From an uncultured virus (IMG/VR IMGVR_UViG_3300025322_000014) (lineage: Duplodnaviria; Heunggongvirae; Uroviricota; Caudoviricetes), in the IMG/VR virus record IMGVR_UViG_3300025322_000014: a DNA stretch of 20,000 nucleotides. The stretch is one strand, 5' to 3'. Under the pieces are notes generated by a model. It ran no database searches. It was not told where the DNA came from and saw nothing but the letters and a program-made list of their open reading frames with translations. Made by a program: the position numbers and the translations under genes. This document shows, one piece after another, positions 7,517-16,087 of this stretch (within the stretch, counting starts at the first letter, position 1; each line of letters starts with the position of its first letter).

Positions 7517-7852
7517 TTACCTATATTGAACAGTGAGATGTTTGCCTGCACCGCCATCAGCAAGGGTGAATGTAGTGATTGTGTTTTGCGGTGTAACCAT
7601 GCCACGTTCACTAAAAAAAGTACCACCAGGTCCGTCGGTAGTAATAGACCATTTCGCTAACGTCGTGTTGTTTGTCGAGTCTGTAACCGTTAGACTGCCA
7701 GACGTTGGTGTTGCATCATATGACCAAATAATCCAATCGATCACATTATAACCGTCAGCAATCGCTGCAAGCGTTACTACTGAATTACCACCACTGGCTG
7801 CAGTATTGTAACTCGTAACTTGCTTCGCTGCTGTATCTGGTAATCCGCGCAT
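7517..7852 (-). CDS. Small beta-rich structural protein, paralog B (111 aa)
   Basis: SD AAGGAG; ~61% identical to 4282..4617. Confidence 0.75.
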   Translation of the reverse strand: MRGLPDTAAKQVTSYNTAASGGNSVVTLAAIADGYNVIDWIIWSYDATPTSGSLTVTDSTNNTTLAKWSITTDGPGGTFFSERGMVTPQNTITTFTLADGGAGKHLTVQYR

Positions 7853-7864
7853 TACTTCTCTCCT

Positions 7865-8983
7865 TTAGATGACCTCAAGATCTTCTGAATCTTGGTCTAT
7901 GGTCGCACGATTCTTCTTGAAGAAATTCTCGGCGGCATGAATAGCCCGCTCCTCGCCGGTCATTTGTTTGCTGCGTCTGTGAGTCGGTCTTTCGGTGACC
8001 AATCGCTGGCGCTTTGCAGCATCCGCGATGACTTCGCGACGAACGGCTTGCTTTTGTGCCTCTGGAAATGCCACTCGGAGAGCACGCGACAATAAATCTT
8101 TCCGCCCAAGATCTGGCTGATTATAAGCGCGGCGACCCGCTTCCATTTGCGACGCTATGCGATCCAAATGAACTCTATTCTGCAAGGCAAGACTGTTGAC
8201 TGGCAGGGAATACCCGTCGCCGGACCCAAGGATAGGTTTCCACGTGTCTCCTAACTCTGACACGAATCCATCGAATTCTTGAACATATCGCTGCTGCTGC
8301 TCAACCTGCGTTTGCCGCGCCATCAGAGACAAAGCTTCGGCATGTTGCTGCAAAGCTTTATCCCGCTCTGCCAGTTGCTGCTGGAATCGCTTGCTGATTT
8401 CCATTGCGACCTGGCGCGTGTCTTCGTCCCAGTCTTTGCCGAAATCATCTTCTAGGAAACCAGTCTTTTCTTTGCTGCCTGTCTCAGCCTGCCGTTCGGG
8501 AGCCGCGGGAATCACCGCCGGCGGCGTATACTGATAGGTCTGCCCCGCCTGAACAAAGCGCGCGTCCATGGATCGCACTTGAGTTTCGAGAGCCTCGGGG
8601 GTCAGAAATTGTTCCTTAGCTTCACTAGCCGTCAGCCCAGCGGCGTTCAGCAAGTCAATGGGAAACTCTGGCTCCGCGGCTGCTGATCCATCGCCCTCAT
8701 CGTCATCACCGCCTTCGGCTGGCACAGCCGAGGCGTCTGTATCGTCGTCCCCGCCACCATCCGCCTGATCTTGAACCACATCGTCTGCAATGGGCGGCTC
8801 TGAATCGTCCTCCTGCGCGGCGGGCGGAGCACCAGCGCGGGCTAGAACCTCGGGTGCAAACGTGCCTTCCGTGTCATCATATTGTGATGCATCGGTCGCC
8901 GGCGCAAACTCTGGCTGCGGCAGCGGCTTGATGGCGTCGGTGTTCGTCGTTCCGAAAGCGTTGTCCTTACTTTTCTTGGCCAC
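7865..8983 (-). CDS. Putative capsid scaffolding protein
   Basis: GTG start at 8983 after AGGAG. Very acidic low-complexity N-terminal half, Gln-rich coiled-coil middle, basic C-terminus. Lies downstream of the portal. Confidence 0.7.
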   Translation of the reverse strand: MAKKSKDNAFGTTNTDAIKPLPQPEFAPATDASQYDDTEGTFAPEVLARAGAPPAAQEDDSEPPIADDVVQDQADGGGDDDTDASAVPAEGGDDDEGDGSAAAEPEFPIDLLNAAGLTASEAKEQFLTPEALETQVRSMDARFVQAGQTYQYTPPAVIPAAPERQAETGSKEKTGFLEDDFGKDWDEDTRQVAMEISKRFQQQLAERDKALQQHAEALSLMARQTQVEQQQRYVQEFDGFVSELGDTWKPILGSGDGYSLPVNSLALQNRVHLDRIASQMEAGRRAYNQPDLGRKDLLSRALRVAFPEAQKQAVRREVIADAAKRQRLVTERPTHRRSKQMTGEERAIHAAENFFKKNRATIDQDSEDLEVI

Positions 8984-8996
8984 AAAGTTCTCCTGA

Positions 8997-9395
8997 TTAA
9001 GTGTCGAAATCACCACGATCAACCGCGCGACGTAGTTCAGCTCTTTTGGTTGCCGGCTGTCTGCCTGAAAGGATTTGATTCCCTTCGTAATCACGCACGT
9101 TATAGCCATCTCTCCCGGTTCGTAGCCCCGAGGCCCGAGAAATATCTTGGAATTGCTTATCGCTCGTTACTATACATCGCCCGGCGTTATCAAAATCAGC
9201 CGCCACTCCGTGAGCGCGAAGATGGGCCATAGCTCGCGGCACATCCGCCGGATCCACGCCGAGCGCATCGCTATGATGTGCTTTCACCCACGCACCTGCG
9301 TTGCGGACCTGCACATGCTCGCGCAGCGGCGTTTGGGGGTAAGCAGTTAGCTGCGTATGAATTGCTTTGCGAATATCATCGGTCAAAATTGTCAT
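8997..9395 (-). CDS. Hypothetical protein between portal and scaffold
   Basis: ATGA overlap with the portal stop; HSDALGVDP motif. Confidence 0.7.
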   Translation of the reverse strand: MTILTDDIRKAIHTQLTAYPQTPLREHVQVRNAGAWVKAHHSDALGVDPADVPRAMAHLRAHGVAADFDNAGRCIVTSDKQFQDISRASGLRTGRDGYNVRDYEGNQILSGRQPATKRAELRRAVDRGDFDT

Positions 9396-11230
9396 GCTAC
9401 CTTTTCCCTGCCGGCTATCATTAACGCGGAAATGTTTTTCTTTGTCCGCTCCTCAGCACCTTGCGTGGAGCGGCTTTCTCTAATGTAGCTACGTGTTGTT
9501 GACGGACTCTGCAGAGGCCTGCGCCCAGGAGTCTGTGGCATCATTTGATCTTGACCTTGAAACGCCATCTCAGACGAAATCAGCTCGATAATCTCTGGGA
9601 GGTCGGAATATTTCGCTATCAATTCAACCAACTTTTTCAAATTCAACGACATTCCCCAAGCACCCATCATCGGCGCTAGCGGCAGGAAAACCTGAGTTGC
9701 CAGTTGCATAATAGTGCCGAGTCGCTGCTCTGGGCCTTTGCTCTTCAAACTGTAAGGCGCGACTCGAAATTGATAGCGGAAGAAATCCTTCTCGTCCAAA
9801 TCTTCAGCATTCCACTTAAACGGAACCTCTCCGAATCCCTCGATCTGTTTCGACAAATCCAACTCAAGAAACGGATCAGAATATAGATACCAAGCCAGGT
9901 CTTTGATCACATCGGCCGTGAACGTCACAACCTTTGATTGCATATCGCGGAGCATCTCTGACGAAGATTGAACAAGCAATTGCTCCTGACCAAGAGTCCC
10001 TCCCTGCTGCGATAGCCCACCCATGGCATCCAAATTTCCAGCCATATACGACATAGTTTCTTTAAGCCATTGAACGAACCCAAAGTTCCCTGGGTCAACC
10101 CCGCCGTATTTCATTTCCCTGACGCTGTCAACATGTGTTGCCTGGATGACTTGTCCATCCTCGGCTTCCATAATCGCCTGTGCTGTCCCATCGGCAACCG
10201 CACGCCCGTCGGCGATGGTAAGTGTCTTCTGCCGCTTCGCCTGTAACCCGATCTGATTTACGAGAACAGTCAGCAGGTCCTGCAGGTCAAACAGATGCTG
10301 TGCAGGAGCGGACGGCATAATATTGCCCGGCACTGTAGAAAGCGCCAGCAAGTGAAATGGACCGTGTTCTGGGCCTTCCCATTCACGCACCAGCAATGGT
10401 TGAAGACCTTGCTGCGCGGGTAAAGTTATGAACAAATTGTCGCCAGGAATCCAAATATCCCAAAGATCGACGTGTTGACGATATTCTGTTTTTGAAATCG
10501 CATTTCCGGCTGTCCAGTCCGAGGTATTTTCTTGCCCACCCGCGAAATCTTCGACAACGCCGCGTTCTGTTTCCGGAGATAACTTCGCTTTTGCCTCTTT
10601 GTCATATTCCGGATTATTTACAACAAGATCGTATGGCATCCTGTAGCGATTCGCAACCCAATCCCATTCCTCCTGACGACGTGCGTTCATATCATAGAGG
10701 AAATCTTCAAGCAACACGGGTTCTGCGTACGGTTGTCCTCCTTTGGATGTGTAACCGGAGCCGCGTGGTAGATACTCAGACGTAATACCGACCTTCATCA
10801 CCCCGAGCAGGAACAACGCAGAGCGTACGACATCTGAGAGGTTACGCCCGAATTTGATCACATCGAGCAGAAAGTTTGTCGCTAGCTCCATTTCATACGC
10901 TTTGGCCGTCAGTGCCGGCGATTTGGTTAACACAAGCGCCGCAGGCGATTGCGATACCAATTGCCGCAACCAAATTTCGATTGCGAGACGCATCATATTC
11001 AACGGTGTCTCGCCGCTGCCGGAGTTCTCTCCGTATCGACTGCCGGCGAAATAGGAGACGCTGTCTACATACTGCGAGCGAAACGTCGCCATTTGTCTGG
11101 CGGACCAAGCCATCGAATCGCGCAATTTGTCAACGTCGACCTCGCGAAGCGGATTGATTCCGCCCAGGCGGTCATTGTTACCGCCGCGGTCTTGCTTGGA
11201 GCCGAAATCCTCGTCCGGGTGTACGCTCAT
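9392..11230 (-). CDS. Portal protein
   Basis: 612 aa, placed between TerL and scaffold. Portal-like layout (ALFLLGVMKVG, FLYD..A, GPFH.L, DLQD..N..Q, GTLGQEQL, Gln/Met/Pro-rich tail). Confidence 0.85.
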   Translation of the reverse strand: MSVHPDEDFGSKQDRGGNNDRLGGINPLREVDVDKLRDSMAWSARQMATFRSQYVDSVSYFAGSRYGENSGSGETPLNMMRLAIEIWLRQLVSQSPAALVLTKSPALTAKAYEMELATNFLLDVIKFGRNLSDVVRSALFLLGVMKVGITSEYLPRGSGYTSKGGQPYAEPVLLEDFLYDMNARRQEEWDWVANRYRMPYDLVVNNPEYDKEAKAKLSPETERGVVEDFAGGQENTSDWTAGNAISKTEYRQHVDLWDIWIPGDNLFITLPAQQGLQPLLVREWEGPEHGPFHLLALSTVPGNIMPSAPAQHLFDLQDLLTVLVNQIGLQAKRQKTLTIADGRAVADGTAQAIMEAEDGQVIQATHVDSVREMKYGGVDPGNFGFVQWLKETMSYMAGNLDAMGGLSQQGGTLGQEQLLVQSSSEMLRDMQSKVVTFTADVIKDLAWYLYSDPFLELDLSKQIEGFGEVPFKWNAEDLDEKDFFRYQFRVAPYSLKSKGPEQRLGTIMQLATQVFLPLAPMMGAWGMSLNLKKLVELIAKYSDLPEIIELISSEMAFQGQDQMMPQTPGRRPLQSPSTTRSYIRESRSTQGAEERTKKNISALMIAGREKVA

Positions 11231-11670
11231 TTGTCGTGTTTTCTCAGGTAATTAACCGCCGCCTCTAGCACAAGCGGATCATCACAAAAGTAGCCCAACC
11301 CACTGTTACACCTATAGCAAAGAAACTCACGAATTTTTCCATCTTGGTGGTCATGATCAAGATGGGGTCGCGCAGTCAATGAGCCACAAATAGCGCAGCG
11401 ATTGCCGGATTCTTCGCGTAATCTGTCGTACTCTTCCAACGTGATCCCAAACTTTGCGTGAACATACCTCCGGCGCCCGTCCTCTTTGTGTTTCCTGTAA
11501 TATTCAGGATTCTGCTTCCGCAACTGTGCGCATTCCCGCCTCTTCTCGAGGTACTTAGGATCTTTTTCGAGGACTTCGCGGTAAGCTTTGTATTTTTTAG
11601 AGGTTTTCCGCCAAACCTTCATGTAGGCGTTTCTGTATGCTTTTCGTTTTTCCGGATCTTTGTAGGGCAT
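11227..11670 (-). CDS. Endonuclease VII-family (His-Me finger) endonuclease
   Basis: KFGITLEEYD.L...CAICG...HLDHDHQDGKIREFLCYRCNSGLGYF.DD, with a basic MPYKDPEKRK N-terminus. ATGA overlap with the portal start. Confidence 0.9.
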   Translation of the reverse strand: MPYKDPEKRKAYRNAYMKVWRKTSKKYKAYREVLEKDPKYLEKRRECAQLRKQNPEYYRKHKEDGRRRYVHAKFGITLEEYDRLREESGNRCAICGSLTARPHLDHDHQDGKIREFLCYRCNSGLGYFCDDPLVLEAAVNYLRKHDK

Positions 11671-11672
11671 AT

Positions 11673-11945
11673 TTAGTCCCAACTAGAGTACCAGTTTTCG
11701 ACATCGTGGTCAGGCGACACATTATCTTTCTCAGAAAATCCGCGAGGTCTACTATGACGCTCCTCAAATGGCGTCATATCTTCCTCTGCGGCATGTGTCG
11801 CGAGTCCGCCAGCATACAAACCACCTGTATCTTTGCCGGTCATGTCAGGATCACCTGCCAGTTCCGTGTCACCGCCCTGCTCTTTGGCGACCTGGCGGCA
11901 GAATGCCCGGACCGATTCGGTAGGATCAGCGTCGTATTCAGCCAT
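11673..11945 (-). CDS. Hypothetical acidic protein (90 aa)
   Basis: SD AAGGAG and ATG; fills the gap tightly. Confidence 0.7.
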   Translation of the reverse strand: MAEYDADPTESVRAFCRQVAKEQGGDTELAGDPDMTGKDTGGLYAGGLATHAAEEDMTPFEERHSRPRGFSEKDNVSPDHDVENWYSSWD

Positions 11946-11954
11946 GGTAGCTCC

Positions 11955-12140
11955 TTAACGAAACTTAGAATTCCTGGCATCAAGATAACCCATCCACCAG
12001 GCGTAACGATCCTGACTCCAATCTGGACCTCGTACGTGCGGGCAAAAAGAATCCCCGGCCAAGAAGGCGGCCATGCCCTCTTCATAGGCCGGAGAGGCCG
12101 TCGGCGAAGCCTCCGTGCTGGAGAAGATTCGGTTTCGCAT
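11955..12140 (-). CDS. Rmf/CrpP-like small protein (61 aa)
   Basis: AYEEGMAAFLAG...CPH...RYAWWMGYLDA matches the ribosome modulation factor pattern (A...GY.AG..G....CPY.....W..GW). Start re-assigned to ATG at 12140. Confidence 0.6.
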   Translation of the reverse strand: MRNRIFSSTEASPTASPAYEEGMAAFLAGDSFCPHVRGPDWSQDRYAWWMGYLDARNSKFR

Positions 12141-12141
12141 G

Positions 12142-12249
12142 TCACTTACCCGTGTCGTCCTCTTGGTTATCGGTTTGAAGCGCAACGTCGCGTTTGGCCT
12201 CGGCCACTGCGGACGCAACTTGACTGTCTTGCGTGTCTTTCTCGAGCAT
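12142..12249 (-). CDS. Small acidic peptide (35 aa)
   Basis: Read manually: SD AAGGAG, 8 nt, then MLEKDTQDSQVASAVAEAKRDVALQTDNQEDDTGK*. Stop lies 1 nt before the next ATG. Confidence 0.55.
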   Translation of the reverse strand: MLEKDTQDSQVASAVAEAKRDVALQTDNQEDDTGK

Positions 12250-12303
12250 GATATTAGCTCCTTTTGGTTCAAGAGGTTAATTACAGAGATAAGTTCTCTT
12301 GTA

Positions 12304-12332
12304 ATTATTCGTGTATTCTGCGCTTTTACCAA
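12304..12332 (-). promoter_or_regulatory. Candidate late promoter upstream of the portal operon (CGAATAAT motif)
   Basis: TTGGTA (12327-12332), 17 nt, AATAAT. TACACGAATAAT is identical to the copy at 14916-14927. Confidence 0.6.
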
Positions 12333-14291
12333 CTACCAATCTCGAAGCCGCAAACGCATGGATTTCTTCATCATGAGCCGGTCTTTCTCCTGACGAATTT
12401 TCTGCCGATATCCGAACGAACCCTCCGGGGGATTAAAATTGCCGCGTTTGATTCTCGGATTGTTTATTTGACCCGCGGCTCCTCCGCCGAGTTCCTCCAT
12501 CGCCAAGTTGGCCAGCGCATCCGCTATGACGCGGTCGCCGTGATTCTCGTTTGAATTCATCGGGTCATTGTCGTCTGTCGTGCCCGCGATGTACATCACT
12601 TTATCGCCGGCACAGACTTGATAGTGCGAGCATTCGTTGAGTGCTTCCTCCGACGGATTCTCAAAGAAGCCTTCGGTAAGTGACCAACGATACTTCGACA
12701 ACATGCCATTCTTACTAGTTTTGGAACTTTGCCATCCTGGGTCCTTCGTTGGTTTCTTTTTTGAAGAATTCCACGGTGTATGCCAGTGAAAATTTCGGAA
12801 ATTACTATCCAGGATGCGAAGTCGAAACGCTCCTCCACCAGTTCCGTTATTCTCCCAGATCAGATAGGCTGGTCCTCCGTCAGCATTCATGAACCAACGA
12901 CAAACGGCAATTGCCAGCTCTGCGAGGCGTTCAGGGCCGGTGGTATGCGAGCAATATTCTGCTACTTTCTTACCTGTGTCTCGGTTGGCAACCGAGATGA
13001 CACTATTGCTTGTCCAACACGTCCCGAGACCCATAGCTATATCGACGCCAACGACGTAATTGCCTAGCGGCGGCAGTGCTTTGTGCGTTTGCAGATCGAA
13101 CCACAGCTTAAACCGCCCAGTTTTTGACGTCATAAATCGCGTGACGGTTAAGTCTTCTCCGTACTCCACCTCGCCAATAGTATCTGGCTTTCTGGCTCTG
13201 GCGCAGCAGCGTTCAATAAGCTGTGGCGGGAAAAAGTTATTTCCGGCTCCTTCCGGATCCATGTCATATTCTTGCGCGATCATCCGCGGGGTCATGCCGC
13301 CGCGGCAGCATTCATTGACGTACCATGGACTCCACACCTTAGATATGCTTTCAACGTCGAAACTACGATGCTGCAAAATCTTGCGCAACTCACCAAAGAA
13401 TTTATCGGTGTATTCACCGACAAGAATTGGTTCGGTCGTTCCAGGCTTTAGTAGGCGACCATTTTTGCCGTCGATACAGAACATGAATTGATTACGTGTT
13501 GGATTATTCATCCACGGCATGCAGATTTTGACCATGGACGACGGCTCTTTCATGCATTTGTAATATGCACCGTCACACCCATTGTACGTGCTAACCAAAA
13601 TACGGCAGTCGGTAACAGGAGCGGTCGAGGAAAGCGCTGCCTCGTCATCGCCGCGTGGGAATTTTGCGAATTCGTCCATCATCAGTGCCGTTAGGCGTGC
13701 ACCAGAAAACATCTCGGCCGTGGTCGCCGTTGCATAAATTATGCTGCCATTGCGGCGATTATGCCATGTTGAGCGCGTGATGTTTCTCTCCCAATCGCCA
13801 TCATCTTTCGGTTTACCCTTTTTCCCAGACATCCACTGCGGCATCGTCTCGAGAAGGAAATCGACCTTCGCGCCAAGAGAACTAAGATTGTTTGGGTCGT
13901 CGGCCGAGTCGCGGTCCTTACTCACAAGGCCAAAGTCTTTCTTTTCCGGATGAAAAAGCCATACCCAAACAAAAATGCAGATCACGATCCACGTAGCCCC
14001 TTCGCCGCGGGACTTCTCTAGTCCTATGTCCGTGTATCCGAGATTCTTGAGAATGGTTTCAAATACTGGGACCTGCGATGACCACGGAATGAACGGCAGG
14101 ATCGATTTCTTACCATCTCGAGGCCGCGGCTCATAAATGAACGCAAACGACTTCAACCACCAGAAGAAATCTTCGCGGCATTTTTCGATGATCCAATCAC
14201 GATTAACCTGTGACTTAGATGCCCACTTTCGCAGTGCTTTGCGATACTCGAGGTTGGCAACCGGTTGTTCCGGAGGGATTAGATTTGGCAT
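12333..14291 (-). CDS. terL: Terminase large subunit
   Basis: PFIPW..Q motif, Walker A-like EKSRGEGATW, Walker B LMMDE, VST coupling motif, AQEYD, RNase H-like nuclease YVVGVDIA.G, WENNG, HGDRVIADALA. Confidence 0.93.
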   Translation of the reverse strand: MPNLIPPEQPVANLEYRKALRKWASKSQVNRDWIIEKCREDFFWWLKSFAFIYEPRPRDGKKSILPFIPWSSQVPVFETILKNLGYTDIGLEKSRGEGATWIVICIFVWVWLFHPEKKDFGLVSKDRDSADDPNNLSSLGAKVDFLLETMPQWMSGKKGKPKDDGDWERNITRSTWHNRRNGSIIYATATTAEMFSGARLTALMMDEFAKFPRGDDEAALSSTAPVTDCRILVSTYNGCDGAYYKCMKEPSSMVKICMPWMNNPTRNQFMFCIDGKNGRLLKPGTTEPILVGEYTDKFFGELRKILQHRSFDVESISKVWSPWYVNECCRGGMTPRMIAQEYDMDPEGAGNNFFPPQLIERCCARARKPDTIGEVEYGEDLTVTRFMTSKTGRFKLWFDLQTHKALPPLGNYVVGVDIAMGLGTCWTSNSVISVANRDTGKKVAEYCSHTTGPERLAELAIAVCRWFMNADGGPAYLIWENNGTGGGAFRLRILDSNFRNFHWHTPWNSSKKKPTKDPGWQSSKTSKNGMLSKYRWSLTEGFFENPSEEALNECSHYQVCAGDKVMYIAGTTDDNDPMNSNENHGDRVIADALANLAMEELGGGAAGQINNPRIKRGNFNPPEGSFGYRQKIRQEKDRLMMKKSMRLRLRDW

Positions 14292-14294
14292 GGA

Positions 14295-14912
14295 CTATCC
14301 AAAATACTTCTCGAGGGTTTCAAATTCAGGATCGACGTTCAAAAGCCGCTCTCGATCGGAAATCTCCTCTTTTGGCTGTAAATCGCGAGGCAGTAGTTTG
14401 ACAACGAACCTCGAGAAGAATGCTTTATCATCGTCGCGAGCGTACCTGGCCATCGCAACAGCACCGCTGGATGGTGCTTTCGCCAAAATATACTCGCTTA
14501 ACACGCAGGGACTCCCTGGATCTGGCGGTTCGATAATCAAATCCTTCAGATTGTCGTAAACCCACTGGATATCTCGCACTAAATTTACATCTCCTTTGGC
14601 CTGTACAGCCGCCTTGCCATCGATAATACCCACACCTGCCTCGTTGGCTGCTCGGAAATCAATCATTTTGGCAATGTTTTTCCTTGCCTCATCAATTCTC
14701 GCTCGTTCTCGGGCGTGTGGACCATCGTTAAGTGCTATGACCTCTTTCCTGGGCTCCTTGATTGGCAACATCGCGTTGAGCCGGGCTTGGCGCACTTTCA
14801 CTTTGTCTTCATCGATCTTTCGCAGGGCGTCAATCCGGACTTGCTGCGCTTCCATCGGGTCTTTATCGATTTTTTGCATGACGCTACTCTCTTGACTTTG
14901 TTCAGTTTCCAT
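14295..14912 (-). CDS. Putative terminase small subunit
   Basis: Helical ~205-aa protein ending 3 nt before the TerL start; assignment is positional only. Confidence 0.5.
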   Translation of the reverse strand: METEQSQESSVMQKIDKDPMEAQQVRIDALRKIDEDKVKVRQARLNAMLPIKEPRKEVIALNDGPHARERARIDEARKNIAKMIDFRAANEAGVGIIDGKAAVQAKGDVNLVRDIQWVYDNLKDLIIEPPDPGSPCVLSEYILAKAPSSGAVAMARYARDDDKAFFSRFVVKLLPRDLQPKEEISDRERLLNVDPEFETLEKYFG

Positions 14913-14920
14913 GGTATTAT
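14892..14920 (+). promoter_or_regulatory. Sigma70-type promoter for the tyrosine recombinase
   Basis: TTGACT (14892-14897), 17 nt, TATTAT (14915-14920), with an extended -10 TG at 14912-14913. Confidence 0.6.
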
Positions 14921-14927
14921 TCGTGTA
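14916..14927 (-). promoter_or_regulatory. Candidate late promoter upstream of TerS (TACACGAATAAT)
   Basis: Third copy of CGAATAAT, 3 nt before the ATG at 14912. Confidence 0.55.
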
Positions 14928-14954
14928 GGTTTCCAATTTTCCGAAGGATTTTCG

Positions 14955-15554
14955 ATGCAACACCACAACAAAGGCCGAAAATTACCTATCGAGATCCTGT
15001 CCGAGGACGAGATGCAGCGTTTTTTTGCGGCGTTCCCCTCCACCACCACAGGCATCCGCAACCGCGCAATCGTGGCAGTGATGTTCGGAGCCCAACACCG
15101 GTGCGCTGAGGTCTTGGCCCTCCGGCCCGAGGATGTAAATCTAGACGCCGGGGCGATCACTATCCTGCTTGGCAAAGGCAAGAAACGCCGCGTAACAGGT
15201 ATCTTCCCTGAGTTCAAGTCCTACGTGGAAGATTGGGTAGCAATTCGTCCGCCCGGCCGCACATTCTTCTGCACGCAGGTTGGCACACCAATGGACCCCG
15301 GCTACGTCCGCAGCATGATCAAGCGCGTGGCACATGATGCTCGACTCAAGAAGCGAGTCCATCCTCACGGATTCCGCCACGCGGGAGCATGCGTCCTGGC
15401 CGAGCAAGGAATTGACATCCGAGTGATTCAAAAGCAACTTGGTCATTCAAGTTTAGCTACTACCGAGATCTACCTTGATCACCTAAACCCTCGCGCAGTC
15501 ATTGATGCTTTAGCAAGTGTGAGAGTTGAGATAACTCCACAAGTTCGGGCGTAA
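14955..15554 (+). CDS. Tyrosine recombinase, catalytic domain only (199 aa)
   Basis: AAGGA SD then ATG at 14955. Catalytic residues R (HRCAE), K (GKGKK), HxxR (HGFRH), H (LGH) and Y (TTEIY) are all present. Confidence 0.92.
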   Translation: MQHHNKGRKLPIEILSEDEMQRFFAAFPSTTTGIRNRAIVAVMFGAQHRCAEVLALRPEDVNLDAGAITILLGKGKKRRVTGIFPEFKSYVEDWVAIRPPGRTFFCTQVGTPMDPGYVRSMIKRVAHDARLKKRVHPHGFRHAGACVLAEQGIDIRVIQKQLGHSSLATTEIYLDHLNPRAVIDALASVRVEITPQVRA

Positions 15555-15705
15555 TTTTTCCTACTTTCGACGCCCACATTCGTAAGTTCTTGACGTTCTG
15601 CCCAATGAATTTTCGGAGAATCGGCGCCGCGTCCAGTACTTTGCCGTACTGGTCTAACTGAAGCGCGGCGACGATAGGCCCGAAGATTATTTGATGAGTC
15701 CACAT
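15499..15705 (-). CDS. Hypothetical protein (68 aa)
   Basis: Starts 2 nt after the upstream stop; its 3' end overlaps the convergent recombinase by 56 nt. Confidence 0.5.
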   Translation of the reverse strand: MWTHQIIFGPIVAALQLDQYGKVLDAAPILRKFIGQNVKNLRMWASKVGKITPELVELSQLSHLLKHQ

Positions 15706-15707
15706 AT

Positions 15708-16067
15708 TTAATCGGCTGGCTCCGCAATCCCTGAACCCCAGCCACGAAACTGTACGTCCTTATGTACCTCCTCGGCCTTTTTCAGCGTCTGAGAAATCCC
15801 ATCATAATCTTCGTCTGCTCCCGCACCATGCTTCGCGTAGAAATCATTGGCAAGTTGAATCGCATGACTTTCGCCTCGGTGGGATTGCGATGCATCCCAT
15901 GATTTCATCGCGATCACTTTAAGCGAATGGACCATCGGTATTCGCGGGCAAAAATCGGCCCACCATCGCGCAAAAGGACTCGACAGAGCGGTCTGCTCTC
16001 TCGTCACGGCATCAGTTGCCGCATGAAGCCGTGTAGTTTCGTATACCTCATCAAACTCTCCCATCAT
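15708..16067 (-). CDS. Hypothetical protein (~119 aa)
   Basis: SD AAGGAG before ATGATG at 16067/16064. Confidence 0.65.
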   Translation of the reverse strand: MMGEFDEVYETTRLHAATDAVTREQTALSSPFARWWADFCPRIPMVHSLKVIAMKSWDASQSHRGESHAIQLANDFYAKHGAGADEDYDGISQTLKKAEEVHKDVQFRGWGSGIAEPAD

Positions 16068-16087
16068 TAGCTCCTTTAAATAATCTG

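Noticed and set aside
4282..7852. Diversity-generating retroelement TR/VR pair in the paralogs
   Set aside because: Divergence is spread over whole genes and is not adenine-specific; no reverse transcriptase in the window.
14715..14954. 80-aa N-terminal extension of the recombinase
   Set aside because: Overlaps TerS antisense; the promoter and SD support ATG at 14955.
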